NCBI GenBank assembly: GCA_046314755.1
Contig: JBKDBG010000002.1
Coordinates: 14,765-78,764 of the forward strand
DNA from: Bacteroidota bacterium
GTDB lineage: Bacteria; Bacteroidota; Bacteroidia; UKL13-3
Reading direction: 5' to 3'
Length of the DNA: 64,000 nt
Position numbers and translations under genes: made by a program. The notes beneath the pieces are model-generated. The model was not told where the DNA came from. It worked only from the letters and a program-made list of their open reading frames with translations, and did no database searches. Every line of letters begins with the position of its first letter. The first letter of the stretch is position 1. Shown here one piece after another: positions 1 through 9,170 of this stretch.

Positions 1-94
1 TGATATTGGTAGCCGCAATCATTTTGGTTACCACTGTTTCATCATGCTCTTCACACCGACCAAGAGCTAAAAAAGGATGTAACTGTCAGTTTTA

Positions 95-907
95 ATGCAA
101 CAGCCTTTAATAAGTTTAATCACCGTTTGTTACAATGCCGAGGCATTGATAGAAGCTACATTGCAAAGTGCCATCAACCAAACCTATAAAAATATTGAAT
201 TGGTAATTGTTGATGGAGGAAGCAGCGATAATACGGTAGCGATTGCTAAAAAATTTCAACCCTACATTGGCACATTAGTTTCTGAAAAGGATAAGGGTAT
301 TTATGATGCCATGAATAAGGGCATTGGTTATGCAAAAGGAGAATGGATTTACTTTTTAAATGCAGGTGATGCTTTTTATGATAACGATGTATTGATGAAT
401 ATTTTTGGTAATTCTACTTTAACTAATATTGATTTTATTTATGCCAAAATGCAAACCATCAATGAGCCTACTGGAATAAATTATGTGGCCGGTGAGCAAG
501 TGAATTTAAAGTCGTTTTATTTTAAATATCCCATTTGTCATCAAACTACTTTTGTAAATAAACGTGCTTTTGATTACATGCCTTTATTTGATACAAGTTT
601 GCGCATAATGGCAGATAACAATTGGCAAATGCGCTTTATGCGGTTTCATTCCGAAAAGGCTTTTTTTCTGAATAGAATAGTAGCCTTTTACGATATTCAA
701 GGGGCATCTTATCATAAACGAATGAAAGGATACCGAGAGTTTTTATCCTACAGCTACAAATTTTTACCTATTGGGGTTTATTTAATCAATGTATTGCTAT
801 ATCCAATCATTTGGTTTAAAGTGAAGTTTATACGCACTTTTCAAAATACCACCTGGTTTAAAGCCTACAGAAACCTTAAGTTTAAAGGCCGAACGGCTAA
901 TGTTTAA
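95..907 (+). CDS. glycosyltransferase, family 2 (GT-A fold)
   Basis: 270-aa ORF. N-terminal ISLITVCYNAE..ELVIVDGGSSDNT and the DAMNKG / LNAGD motifs are typical of GT2 enzymes. Confidence 0.8.
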   Translation: MQQPLISLITVCYNAEALIEATLQSAINQTYKNIELVIVDGGSSDNTVAIAKKFQPYIGTLVSEKDKGIYDAMNKGIGYAKGEWIYFLNAGDAFYDNDVLMNIFGNSTLTNIDFIYAKMQTINEPTGINYVAGEQVNLKSFYFKYPICHQTTFVNKRAFDYMPLFDTSLRIMADNNWQMRFMRFHSEKAFFLNRIVAFYDIQGASYHKRMKGYREFLSYSYKFLPIGVYLINVLLYPIIWFKVKFIRTFQNTTWFKAYRNLKFKGRTANV

Positions 908-964
908 AAGTTGTATATTACTACCCGTTGAGTAAATTTATTTTGGTGCCACAATTTTAATATC

Positions 965-1501
965 ATGATATTATCAGATAAACGAATTTTAGAAGAAATA
1001 GAAAAGGGAAATATTTTAATTGAGCCTTTTAAGCGCGAGTGTTTAGGAACCAATTCATACGATGTGCATTTGGGCCGCTATCTTGCTACATACAAAGACA
1101 GGGTATTGGATGCAAAAGAGCATAATAAAATTGAAATTTTTGAAATACCGCAAGATGGTTTTGTGCTTCAGCCGAATACGCTATATTTGGGAGTAACTGC
1201 TGAATATACGGAAACACATGCGCACGTTCCTTTTTTGGAAGGCAAAAGCAGCACGGGAAGACTGGGTATTGATATACATGCAACAGCCGGTAAAGGTGAT
1301 GTGGGTTTTTGCAATACTTGGACTTTGGAAATTTCGTGTGCACAGCCGGTAAGAATTTATGCCGGAATGCCTATTGGCCAATTGATTTATTTTGTTGTTG
1401 AGGGTGATATTGAAACCATGTACAATACCAAGAAAAATGCTAAATACAACAAGCGCGGAGTGAAGCCGGTTGAAAGTATGATGTGGAAGAACAAATTCTA
1501 A
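965..1501 (+). CDS. dcd: dCTP deaminase
   Basis: 178-aa ORF. Full-length resemblance to dCTP deaminase (ILSDKRI, GTNSYDVHLG, EGKSSTGRLGI, WTLEI). Confidence 0.85.
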   Translation: MILSDKRILEEIEKGNILIEPFKRECLGTNSYDVHLGRYLATYKDRVLDAKEHNKIEIFEIPQDGFVLQPNTLYLGVTAEYTETHAHVPFLEGKSSTGRLGIDIHATAGKGDVGFCNTWTLEISCAQPVRIYAGMPIGQLIYFVVEGDIETMYNTKKNAKYNKRGVKPVESMMWKNKF

Positions 1502-1546
1502 ACAGATTGATATGAAAGCAATAAAGTCTCGATAATAATCGGGACT

Positions 1547-2176
1547 TTATTGTTTTTTCTTGGGTTGATTTGCGGAAGGTGAATACATTGACTTTTGTAA
1601 ACAATCACAAAATACATTGTAATCGTACCAAGTGCCCGTTCTTTGGAAGTTTCCATTGTTATTAATCATCAACCCGTAGCTGCTGATAAGGCCGGTTTTT
1701 AAAAAATGAATGTGAAAAAAAACATTAGCTTGAGAGGTAGGTAAAATTAACTCTTGAAGGCATCCATTTCTTTGATAGAAAATCTTGGTGGTAGAATCAC
1801 TTAAAATATTACTCCAAAACACACGTTCTTCATCTGACATTTCAAGCGAAATAAAAGTGTTGTTGTGTTTTAATTTGATAATTTGCTGTCTGATGTGTTG
1901 CATGGAGTCGTATGCAACATACACATAGCCGATATCGTAAGTTTTTTTCGTATTGAATAAAACACCGTTTTTAAAATAACTTCTATCGCATAACCTATCC
2001 GGATTACCCAGTAAGGCCCAATTATCGGGTTGTTTGTAATACTCGGGTTTGGGAAAAGTACAAGAGTCGGTTTTTAATTTTACAATGTACTCCTCTTGAT
2101 TAATAAAAACAGTATCAACTTGAGCAAAAATGTTCAAATAAAAACAGAGCAGGCAAGTAAAAAGAAGGTATTTCAC
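1547..2176 (-). CDS. hypothetical secreted protein
   Basis: 209-aa ORF with a signal-like N-terminus (LLFTCLLCFYLNIFAQ). Its GTG start abuts the stop of the upstream gene (TAAGTG). No recognisable family. Confidence 0.6.
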   Translation of the reverse strand: MKYLLFTCLLCFYLNIFAQVDTVFINQEEYIVKLKTDSCTFPKPEYYKQPDNWALLGNPDRLCDRSYFKNGVLFNTKKTYDIGYVYVAYDSMQHIRQQIIKLKHNNTFISLEMSDEERVFWSNILSDSTTKIFYQRNGCLQELILPTSQANVFFHIHFLKTGLISSYGLMINNNGNFQRTGTWYDYNVFCDCLQKSMYSPSANQPKKKQ

Positions 2177-3082
2177 TTATTCACTTAATAATATTTTCCA
2201 TGCACCTTCAACATCTTTTTTTTCTAAGTGTTGATGAGCCAGTTTATGTAGTTCAGCTCTTAACGCTTCACCGTTAAAATTTTCATGCAAAGCGAGCAAT
2301 TCTTTGTGCATTCGTTTGTAAACTTGTATGTCACTCTCATCCGGTAGATGTTCTGTGTTTCCTAATAATCCCAAATCATTTCCGCTTAAAAAATTACTAA
2401 ATTTGATGTGTTCAGGCAAAGCATCAACACCCATACCCAAAGTAGTTAGTGGTTTGGGAACCTCAAATAGGGCATCTCCACTTGCCCTTGCGTACCAATC
2501 GCCACCCAATCGTGCAACCAAATCAATTTTATGTTGATCAATTTTACCAACTGCATTAATCACATTGGTGTTTACATGAAAAAGTAAGATTTCACATATC
2601 ACCAAATTCCCGGCACCACCTTCATTACCCAATGGGATAACTTGATTTACCTTACACTCTAATTGTACGGGTGATTCTTTTACACGTGGCGGTTTGATGA
2701 GGGCTGAAGCCTCTTCCGTAAAACCTGCTTTTACAAATTCGTTTACGCCTTTTGCATACTCCGTACTCGCCAAACTGGTTTGTTGAACCATGTTATAACT
2801 TACCACATTGATACATACTTCAGGTACTTCCAAAACATTTTCAAGTGTATGTTTTGTAGTATTATCTCGAACCCTTCTGGCTGGCGAAAAAATTAAAATA
2901 GGAGGGTTGCTGCTAAAAATATTGAAGAAGCTGTATGGACTTAAATTTACATTCCCTTCGGTATCAACCGTACTGGCAAAACAAATCGGACGAGGTGCAA
3001 TGGCCCCTTGAAGTAAGCCTTGTAATTCGGCAGGTTTAATTTCTTTCGGGTTATAAGTACGAAAACTATTATTGTTCATCAT
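2177..3082 (-). CDS. flavin reductase-like FMN-binding domain protein
   Basis: The ORF track extends to 3133, which would overlap ftsE by 52 nt. The ATG at 3082 shares one base with the ftsE stop (TAATG). The N-terminal ~200 aa resemble the flavin-reductase split barrel (RPICFASTVD..GNVNLSPYSFFN), followed by a ~100-aa C-terminal extension. Confidence 0.7.
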   Translation of the reverse strand: MMNNNSFRTYNPKEIKPAELQGLLQGAIAPRPICFASTVDTEGNVNLSPYSFFNIFSSNPPILIFSPARRVRDNTTKHTLENVLEVPEVCINVVSYNMVQQTSLASTEYAKGVNEFVKAGFTEEASALIKPPRVKESPVQLECKVNQVIPLGNEGGAGNLVICEILLFHVNTNVINAVGKIDQHKIDLVARLGGDWYARASGDALFEVPKPLTTLGMGVDALPEHIKFSNFLSGNDLGLLGNTEHLPDESDIQVYKRMHKELLALHENFNGEALRAELHKLAHQHLEKKDVEGAWKILLSE

Positions 3083-3768
3083 TATACAATGGCACTTAAT
3101 GAGGTTGTTTCTTGAACGATTCCTTGAGCACAACGCAAAATTTTTCCCGGAAATTTTTGAATGATTCGGTAATCATGAGTTGCCATTAATATGGCAGTGC
3201 CTTGTTTTGAAATGCTGAACAGTAAGTTCATGATGTCATCACTTACTTTTGGATCAAGGTTACCGGTAGGCTCATCCGCTAAGATAATTTCAGGATTATT
3301 AAGCAAAGCTCTTGCAATAACTACACGTTGTTGCTCTCCTCCGCTTAACTCATGGGGCATTTTAAAGTCTTTGGTTTGCAATCCCACCAATTCCAAAACT
3401 TCATGAATCCGTTTTTTGATGTCCGTTTCATTTTTCCATCCTGTGGCTTTTAGAACGAAAAGCAAGTTTTGGAAAACATTTCTATCAGTTAAAAGTTGAA
3501 AATCTTGAAATACAATGCCCAGTTTACGTCTTAAAAAAGGAATGTCTTTAGGTTTTAATGTGGCTAAATTGAAACCTGCAATTTTGCCATCGCCCTTTTC
3601 AAGCATCAACTCTCCATATAAGGTTTTTAAAAGGCTACTCTTGCCACTACCGGTTTGTCCTATTAAATAAACAAACTCACCCTTGTTGATAACCACATCA
3701 ACATCGCTTAATATCAGGTTGTTTTTTTGAAAAACCTGTACGTCTTTTAATTCAATAACGGGATTCAT
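3082..3768 (-). CDS. ftsE: cell-division ABC ATPase FtsE
   Basis: 228 aa. Walker [13 protein letters not shown] signature LSGGEQQR, Walker [12 protein letters not shown], and the FtsE-type [14 protein letters not shown] segment. Confidence 0.85.
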   Translation of the reverse strand: MNPVIELKDVQVFQKNNLILSDVDVVINKGEFVYLIGQTGSGKSSLLKTLYGELMLEKGDGKIAGFNLATLKPKDIPFLRRKLGIVFQDFQLLTDRNVFQNLLFVLKATGWKNETDIKKRIHEVLELVGLQTKDFKMPHELSGGEQQRVVIARALLNNPEIILADEPTGNLDPKVSDDIMNLLFSISKQGTAILMATHDYRIIQKFPGKILRCAQGIVQETTSLSAIV

Positions 3769-3769
3769 A

Positions 3770-3973
3770 TTACCAATTTAGCTTGTGCATTTTACCAAAA
3801 GATATGTCATTGAGCAAGTTTTTTATTTCCTCAATTTTATCGGCTAAGCCGCATTTTTCTAGGGCTTTTTCTGGTCTGTCGGTGCGGAAATAGGCAACTA
3901 GCGTGAAATTATCGTCACGTAATTGCACATAATCAGGTATTTTGGCCTTGCCTTTTATTTTTATTATGTACAC
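3770..3973 (-). CDS. small hypothetical protein
   Basis: 67-aa ORF on the same strand that ends 1 nt before the ftsE start. No recognisable family. Confidence 0.45.
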   Translation of the reverse strand: MYIIKIKGKAKIPDYVQLRDDNFTLVAYFRTDRPEKALEKCGLADKIEEIKNLLNDISFGKMHKLNW

Positions 3974-4056
3974 AGTATTAGAATTTATGGGTAAAAATAA
4001 TCCTTTTTTTTATTGATTTACCTTTATTATTGCAGAAGCAAATCTATTAAAAGAAC

Positions 4057-5808
4057 ATGAGACTATCTAAACAGGTTTTCTATTCATTACTTGTTGCCGC
4101 TGCTGCAACCACGGGTTGTAGTGTAAAAACGAACATGGGCAACAATAACTACACTGTTGCACCTAATCCACTTGAAGTAAAAGGTGATTCAGTGACCATT
4201 ACCATTAGTGCAAACATTCCGGCCAAATCATTCAATCCTAAGGCGAATGTTCAATTTCAACCTTACTTAAGAACAAGTAAAGGCGATATTCAATTGAAAG
4301 CAGTTACCCTTGGTGGAGAAAAAGTAACGGATGCCGTTGATTTTAAAATTGATTCTAAAACAGGCGGTAGAGTAACATACACCGAAAAAGTTGCGTACAA
4401 TCCTGATATGAAGAGAGCAACTTTATATCCAAGTTTTGCCGTAAAAATTAACGGAAACTACCAGGCATTGGAAGGTGTAAAAGGTGCTCCAAGTACTGAC
4501 AAAGTGCTTGCCGAAGGTACTATTACAACTGCTTTGTTGATTAAAGGAAGTGAAACTCCGGGTTTTGATATCACCCAATATTCAGCGTCTGAATCATCTA
4601 AGTCAGTGGATGTATATTTCCCGCTTGATGTTGATCGATTTGATCCTAAATATAAAGTTGGAAAACAATTAAGCAATAAAGCCCAATTGGAGTTATTAAA
4701 AAAGGCTTTGAAATCTGATAAAAATTGGGTTGTTAAAGGTATTTCTATTAATGGTTTCGCATCACCTGAAGGTGAGTTGTCGCGCAATTCAGGCTTGTCT
4801 CAAGGGCGTGCTAATTCAACTTTTTCTTACTTAAGAAAAGAATTGAAAAAGTTAGGTTTTGCAGAAGTAAATGACCAAAACCTAAGCATGGGTTCAACTC
4901 TTGCTGAAGATTGGAGCGGCTTAGCAAAACTTGTTGCATCATCTAATTTGAAAGATAAGGATGGCATTGTTGCTATTATCAATAATCCAAATATTGCTGA
5001 CCTTGAAAAGGAAAGTCTGATCAGAAGAGATTACGCTAAATCATGGGAAACAATTAAAAAGAATTTATTGCCTAGCTTAAGAAGGTCAGAGTTGGTAATT
5101 AAAGGTCAAACACCTTTAAAGAGTGATGAAGAATTGATGGCCGCTAGTATGGAATTATTAACTGATGTTGAATTATTGCATCTTGCTGCTATCTCAACAG
5201 ATAATGGCAAAAAGATGGATATTTATAAATATTATGAAACGCGTTTCCCTAATGACTGGAGAGGGTTTAACGACCTTGGAGCCATGTACATAAACTCAGG
5301 CAAATTTGATTTGGCTCAAGCTGAATTAGAAAAAGCAAACCAACTTTCTCCTGAAAATGGAATTATTTTAGCCAATTTAGGAATTGCGTTAAAAAATTTG
5401 GGTAACATTGCTGCTGCTGAAGATTTTTATAAAAAAGCAGAAGCTAAAGGAATTGATTTGAGTTACCACAGAGCAGTAATTGCAGTTAAAAAAGGTGATT
5501 ACGCAACTGCGATGAGCTTGTTTAACAAAGCCGGTAAAAAAGATTACAACTATGCTTTATGTCAAATTTTAAGTGGTGATGCCAACGGTGCTAAAGCTAC
5601 TTTAGATAACATGAAGCCTGAAGAATTAACTTGGGATCATTATTACTTACGTGCTATTGCCGGAGCTCGCTTAAGCAATGCCGATGTAGTAACTACTAAT
5701 TTAACACGTGCCGTTCAATTAAACGGTGATGTTCGCCAATTAGCTAAAGAAGATGTTGAGTTTATCAAATATTTTGGTAACCCAACATTCGAAGGAGCTA
5801 TTCGCTAG
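4057..5808 (+). CDS. lipoprotein with OmpA-like segment and C-terminal TPR repeats
   Basis: 583 aa with lipobox AATTGC. The central GFASPEGELSRNSGLSQGRANSTFSYL resembles an OmpA-C-like motif. The C-terminal ~200 aa are TPR-like (NDLGAMYINSGKFDLAQAELEKANQL...). Confidence 0.65.
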   Translation: MRLSKQVFYSLLVAAAATTGCSVKTNMGNNNYTVAPNPLEVKGDSVTITISANIPAKSFNPKANVQFQPYLRTSKGDIQLKAVTLGGEKVTDAVDFKIDSKTGGRVTYTEKVAYNPDMKRATLYPSFAVKINGNYQALEGVKGAPSTDKVLAEGTITTALLIKGSETPGFDITQYSASESSKSVDVYFPLDVDRFDPKYKVGKQLSNKAQLELLKKALKSDKNWVVKGISINGFASPEGELSRNSGLSQGRANSTFSYLRKELKKLGFAEVNDQNLSMGSTLAEDWSGLAKLVASSNLKDKDGIVAIINNPNIADLEKESLIRRDYAKSWETIKKNLLPSLRRSELVIKGQTPLKSDEELMAASMELLTDVELLHLAAISTDNGKKMDIYKYYETRFPNDWRGFNDLGAMYINSGKFDLAQAELEKANQLSPENGIILANLGIALKNLGNIAAAEDFYKKAEAKGIDLSYHRAVIAVKKGDYATAMSLFNKAGKKDYNYALCQILSGDANGAKATLDNMKPEELTWDHYYLRAIAGARLSNADVVTTNLTRAVQLNGDVRQLAKEDVEFIKYFGNPTFEGAIR

Positions 5809-5828
5809 AGATAAAACTTATTTTCAAT

Positions 5829-5862
5829 GCGGGATTAAGCGAAAGTTTAATCCCGCTTTTTT
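5829..5862 (+). terminator. intrinsic terminator after the 4057..5808 gene
   Basis: GCGGGATTAA-gcgaaagt-TTAATCCCGC followed by TTTTTT. Confidence 0.8.
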
Positions 5863-5888
5863 ATTCAATTAATTTTAAAAAATAAAGT

Positions 5889-6981
5889 ATGACTTCAGAT
5901 CAATTGAAAGAATTACGAAACAGGGTTGCTGACCTAAGGAGGTATCTTTGACATCGATAATAAATTGATGTTAATTCAGGATGAGGAACAGCAAAGTTTA
6001 CATCCTACCTTTTGGGATAATCCCGAACGAGCGGAGAAAATTTTAAAAAGTATTAAGCAGAAAAAATTGTGGACTGATGCTTACGATGCGGCAGTTCAAA
6101 ATGTTGACGATTTAACTGTGTTATACGAATTTTTTTTGGCAAATGAGGCTACCGAAGACGAAGTGGATGAGACTTATCGCCAAGCCTTAACGGTGGTAGA
6201 AGAATTGGAATTGAAAAACATGTTAAAGAGTGAGGAGGATCAATTTAATTGTATCATCAACATTAACTCAGGCGCGGGAGGAACAGAGAGCCAAGATTGG
6301 GCAGAAATGCTTATGCGCATGTATTTAATGTATTGTGATAAGCATGGATTTAAAGCTAGCGTGGTAGATGAACAACAGGGTGATGGAGCCGGAATAAAAA
6401 GTTGCAGTATAGAAGTAACCGGTGATTTTGCATACGGATACTTAAAAGGTGAAAATGGCGTGCATCGTTTGGTGAGAATTTCTCCTTTTGATGCAAACGC
6501 AAGACGCCACACATCATTTGCATCCGTTTATTGTTATCCGATTGTGGATGATACCATTGCAATAGAAATAAAAGATGCGGATGTTGAAATACAAACTTCG
6601 CGAAGCGGTGGAGCAGGCGGACAGAATGTAAATAAGGTAGAAACCAAGGTACAACTCACACACAAGCCTACAGGTATTGTGATTGTTTGTCAAGTAGAAC
6701 GAACCCAGGCCGGTAATAAAGAACGTGCTTTTAAAATGTTAAAGTCACAACTTTATGAGTTGGAAATGCGTAAGCGTAATGAAGAAAAGCAAGCATTGGA
6801 AGCAGGGAAAAGAAAGATCGAATGGGGTTCTCAAATACGCAATTATGTTTTCCATCCTTACAAGTTGGTAAAAGATTTAAGAACCGGAATTGAAACAAGT
6901 GATGTGCAAGGTGTAATGGATGGCGATTTAGATCAGTTTATTAAATCGTATTTAATGGAAAACGCGAATCATGCCCAATAG
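5889..6981 (+). CDS. prfB: peptide chain release factor 2, expressed through a programmed +1 frameshift
   Basis: ATG 5889 encodes [20 protein letters not shown], followed by an in-frame TGA at 5949. A +1 shift at CTT TGA C (5946..5952) joins the 5965..6981 ORF, which carries the RF2 motifs SPF (RISPFD) and GGQ ([12 protein letters not shown]). Confidence 0.95.
5937..5952 (+). promoter_or_regulatory. prfB +1 frameshift site (AGGAGG TAT CTT TGA C)
   Basis: An internal SD-like AGGAGG lies 3 nt before the slippery CTT and the in-frame TGA-C. This is the same architecture as the classical RF2 autoregulatory site. Confidence 0.9.
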
Positions 6982-7074
6982 TAAACAAAAAAGCCCTGCT
7001 AATGCGGGGCTCTTTTGTGTAATCAAACAAATTAAATATAAAACATGGCAACTTCTTGCCGGATGTTTTCAGTG

Positions 7075-7404
7075 TTAAAAGTTGAGCAAAGTTACGCCTT
7101 CTTCGGCTGATTTTGCAGCATTTACATCATCTTTATTTTCCGCCTTTTTGGCATTTTGGTTGCCAATAGTTCCGTTTTTCACCTTGTTAAATTCACCTAA
7201 TCCAAACACCTCGTATTTGTTTTCTTTTAAAAACATACCTAAAGCTATGGCTTGTTTGATGTTATTTACTTGAATATCAATTTCGTATTCATCGTTAATC
7301 ATCGGACGAGGCGAAACGGTAAATACCGCTTTTTGGTCCATGCAATAGTCAAATAATAAGGCGGTGGTTTTTCTTTTTGCTAATACGGTTACTTTTTCTT
7401 CCAT
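7075..7404 (-). CDS. hypothetical protein
   Basis: 109-aa ORF with a Lys/Asn/Ala-rich C-terminal tail. No recognisable family. Confidence 0.5.
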   Translation of the reverse strand: MEEKVTVLAKRKTTALLFDYCMDQKAVFTVSPRPMINDEYEIDIQVNNIKQAIALGMFLKENKYEVFGLGEFNKVKNGTIGNQNAKKAENKDDVNAAKSAEEGVTLLNF

Positions 7405-7571
7405 GATTTATTTTCTTAAAGTATTATTAATCAGTTACTTGTTATTCTGCTTCTTGATGTTGTAAAAATACCGTATTCAATAAGCATCACCATTTAATTA
7501 GGCAGATAAATACACACAACTTTACTACGCTTAAAGGTTGGTTTTGCACATCTTTTAAAATTTGTGAAAAA

Positions 7572-7601
7572 CCTGTGAATTACTATGTGGTTATCCACAG
7601 G
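7572..7601 (-). terminator. intrinsic terminator after the TPR gene
   Basis: On the minus strand, CCTGTGGATAAC-cacata-GTAATTCACAGG (10/12 bp) is followed by TTTTTC, 13 nt after the stop. Confidence 0.55.
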
Positions 7602-7613
7602 TGTTTTCCGGTA

Positions 7614-8324
7614 TTAAGCTGCTAAACGTGAGTAATGTATCAGATTATCAATGTGTTGAGCCAGTTTTAAATCATTTAAATAGCCTTCTACATCATTCGA
7701 GAGCATTTTGCAATGGGCACGGAGCCTATAGGCATCTGCATATTTCTCGTCAATTGCAATGGCTTTGTTTAAGTCGGTTAATGCGATTTGTGGTTTTTCG
7801 AATTTGATAAAAATTAGTGCTCTCCAATACAATAATTCTTTTCTAAAAGGATTAATTACAATGGCTCGGTTAATAAAATGATAGGCATCGCGATAATCTT
7901 TCTGCAAGAAACACAACTCGGTAGCCATTAATAAGTATTGAGCGTTGTTTTCATCCAATTCCATGGCTTGAATTAAAAAGGTTAACGCCACATCGTAATT
8001 CATATTTATTTTATACAGTTCAGCCAAGTGAAATAGTACCTCAGCATCATGTGCGCCTTCATCAAGCAATTGGGTAAGTATTTGTTTGGCGGTTTTTAAC
8101 TTGCCCATGTACATGTAGCAAAGTGCCACTTTTATTTGAGCCGTAATATTGTTTGGCTCAAATAATAAAACGGTGTTTAATAAATGTAATGCTTCTTCAT
8201 ACTCACCGCGGTATAAGGTTGAAAGTGCATTGTCTAAAATCTGGGTAGGCTTCACTGTGTACATAATGCTGTTTTGAGTTTTCATATCCGTTTTGTTTTT
8301 AAATTCATGTACAAAGTTTTTCAT
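7614..8324 (-). CDS. TPR repeat protein
   Basis: 236 aa with repeated 34-aa TPR-like units (..YEEALHLLNTVLLFEPNN.., ..YDVALTFLIQAMELDENN.., ..YRDAYHFINRAIVINPF..). Confidence 0.7.
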   Translation of the reverse strand: MKNFVHEFKNKTDMKTQNSIMYTVKPTQILDNALSTLYRGEYEEALHLLNTVLLFEPNNITAQIKVALCYMYMGKLKTAKQILTQLLDEGAHDAEVLFHLAELYKINMNYDVALTFLIQAMELDENNAQYLLMATELCFLQKDYRDAYHFINRAIVINPFRKELLYWRALIFIKFEKPQIALTDLNKAIAIDEKYADAYRLRAHCKMLSNDVEGYLNDLKLAQHIDNLIHYSRLAA

Positions 8325-8426
8325 TCACTTCGCAGTGTATTTGCGAAGTCGAAAAAAAAATGATAATGCATTGAAAAAGAATTGTTTTAGTCTATTCCGT
8401 TTCGGTATAATTATTACCTTAGCGCC

Positions 8427-9089
8427 ATGAAAACTGCAATTGTAGTAGGGGCAACAGGTGCAATAGGAAAACAATTATTGTATCAGCTGCTTGAACATAG
8501 TGACTATTTAAGAGTATTTGCCATTACCCGCAAACCACTTCCAATCAAACATCATAAACTAACCAATCAAGTGGTTGATTTTAACCAATTGGGCAATGCG
8601 CTTCAGCCACTGCAAGCTGATGTGGCCTATTGTTGTTTAGGAACAACCATGAAACAGGCAGGAAGCAAGGAAGCATTTTATCAAGTTGATTATTTTTATG
8701 TATATCAATTTGCACAACAGCTCAAACAAAATCAAGTCAATTCATTTGTTATGGTAAGTGCCATGGGAGCTCATTCCCAATCATCTATATTTTACAACAA
8801 AGTGAAGGGAGAAATAGAAGAGGCAGTAAAAAATCTTCAGTTTGAATCAACCATTATTGTTCGACCTTCGTTGCTTTTGGCTAAACGAAGCGAATTTAGA
8901 TTAGGCGAATGGATTGCTCAAAAACTGATGCGATTGCTAGGGTTTTTATTCATGGGTCCTCTTAAAAACTATAAAGCTATTCCGGTTCAAACAGTTGCTA
9001 GTGCTATGGTAAATTTAGCTCATGCAAACAATAAAGGGATTTCTATTGTTGAAAATGCAGCTCTTTTTGAATGGAGTAAAAAAATCTAA
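8427..9089 (+). CDS. NAD(P)H-binding Rossmann protein (atypical SDR / HTATIP2-like)
   Basis: 220 aa. N-terminal VVGATGAIGKQLL glycine-rich dinucleotide-binding motif and a YNKVKGEIE (YxxxK-like) segment. Confidence 0.7.
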   Translation: MKTAIVVGATGAIGKQLLYQLLEHSDYLRVFAITRKPLPIKHHKLTNQVVDFNQLGNALQPLQADVAYCCLGTTMKQAGSKEAFYQVDYFYVYQFAQQLKQNQVNSFVMVSAMGAHSQSSIFYNKVKGEIEEAVKNLQFESTIIVRPSLLLAKRSEFRLGEWIAQKLMRLLGFLFMGPLKNYKAIPVQTVASAMVNLAHANNKGISIVENAALFEWSKKI

Positions 9090-9140
9090 ATAATCAAACG
9101 AAACTTAATTTTTAAGCTATCATTATTATTATGATAACAT

Positions 9141-9148
9141 TACATTTG
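9141..9148 (+). promoter_or_regulatory. Bacteroidota -7 promoter box TAcaTTTG
   Basis: A perfect TAnnTTTG match 23 nt upstream of the ATG at 9171. Confidence 0.4.
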
Positions 9149-9170
9149 CCCAAAGTTATTTAAAAGCAAT

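Noticed and set aside
1-70. An open frame (frame 2) ending at the TAA at 68..70 that could be the 3' end of an upstream gene.
   Set aside because: Only 22 codons are visible (DIGSRNHFGYHCFIMLFTPTKS), which is too short to support any call.
7572-7601. A perfect DnaA box (TTATCCACA, 7591..7599) with a one-mismatch inverted partner (TGTGAATTA). This could hint at oriC or DnaA regulation.
   Set aside because: It is a single box. It forms the arms of a hairpin followed by a T-run 13 nt after the stop of the TPR gene, so a terminator explains it. There is no cluster of boxes, AT-rich unwinding element or dnaA/dnaN nearby.
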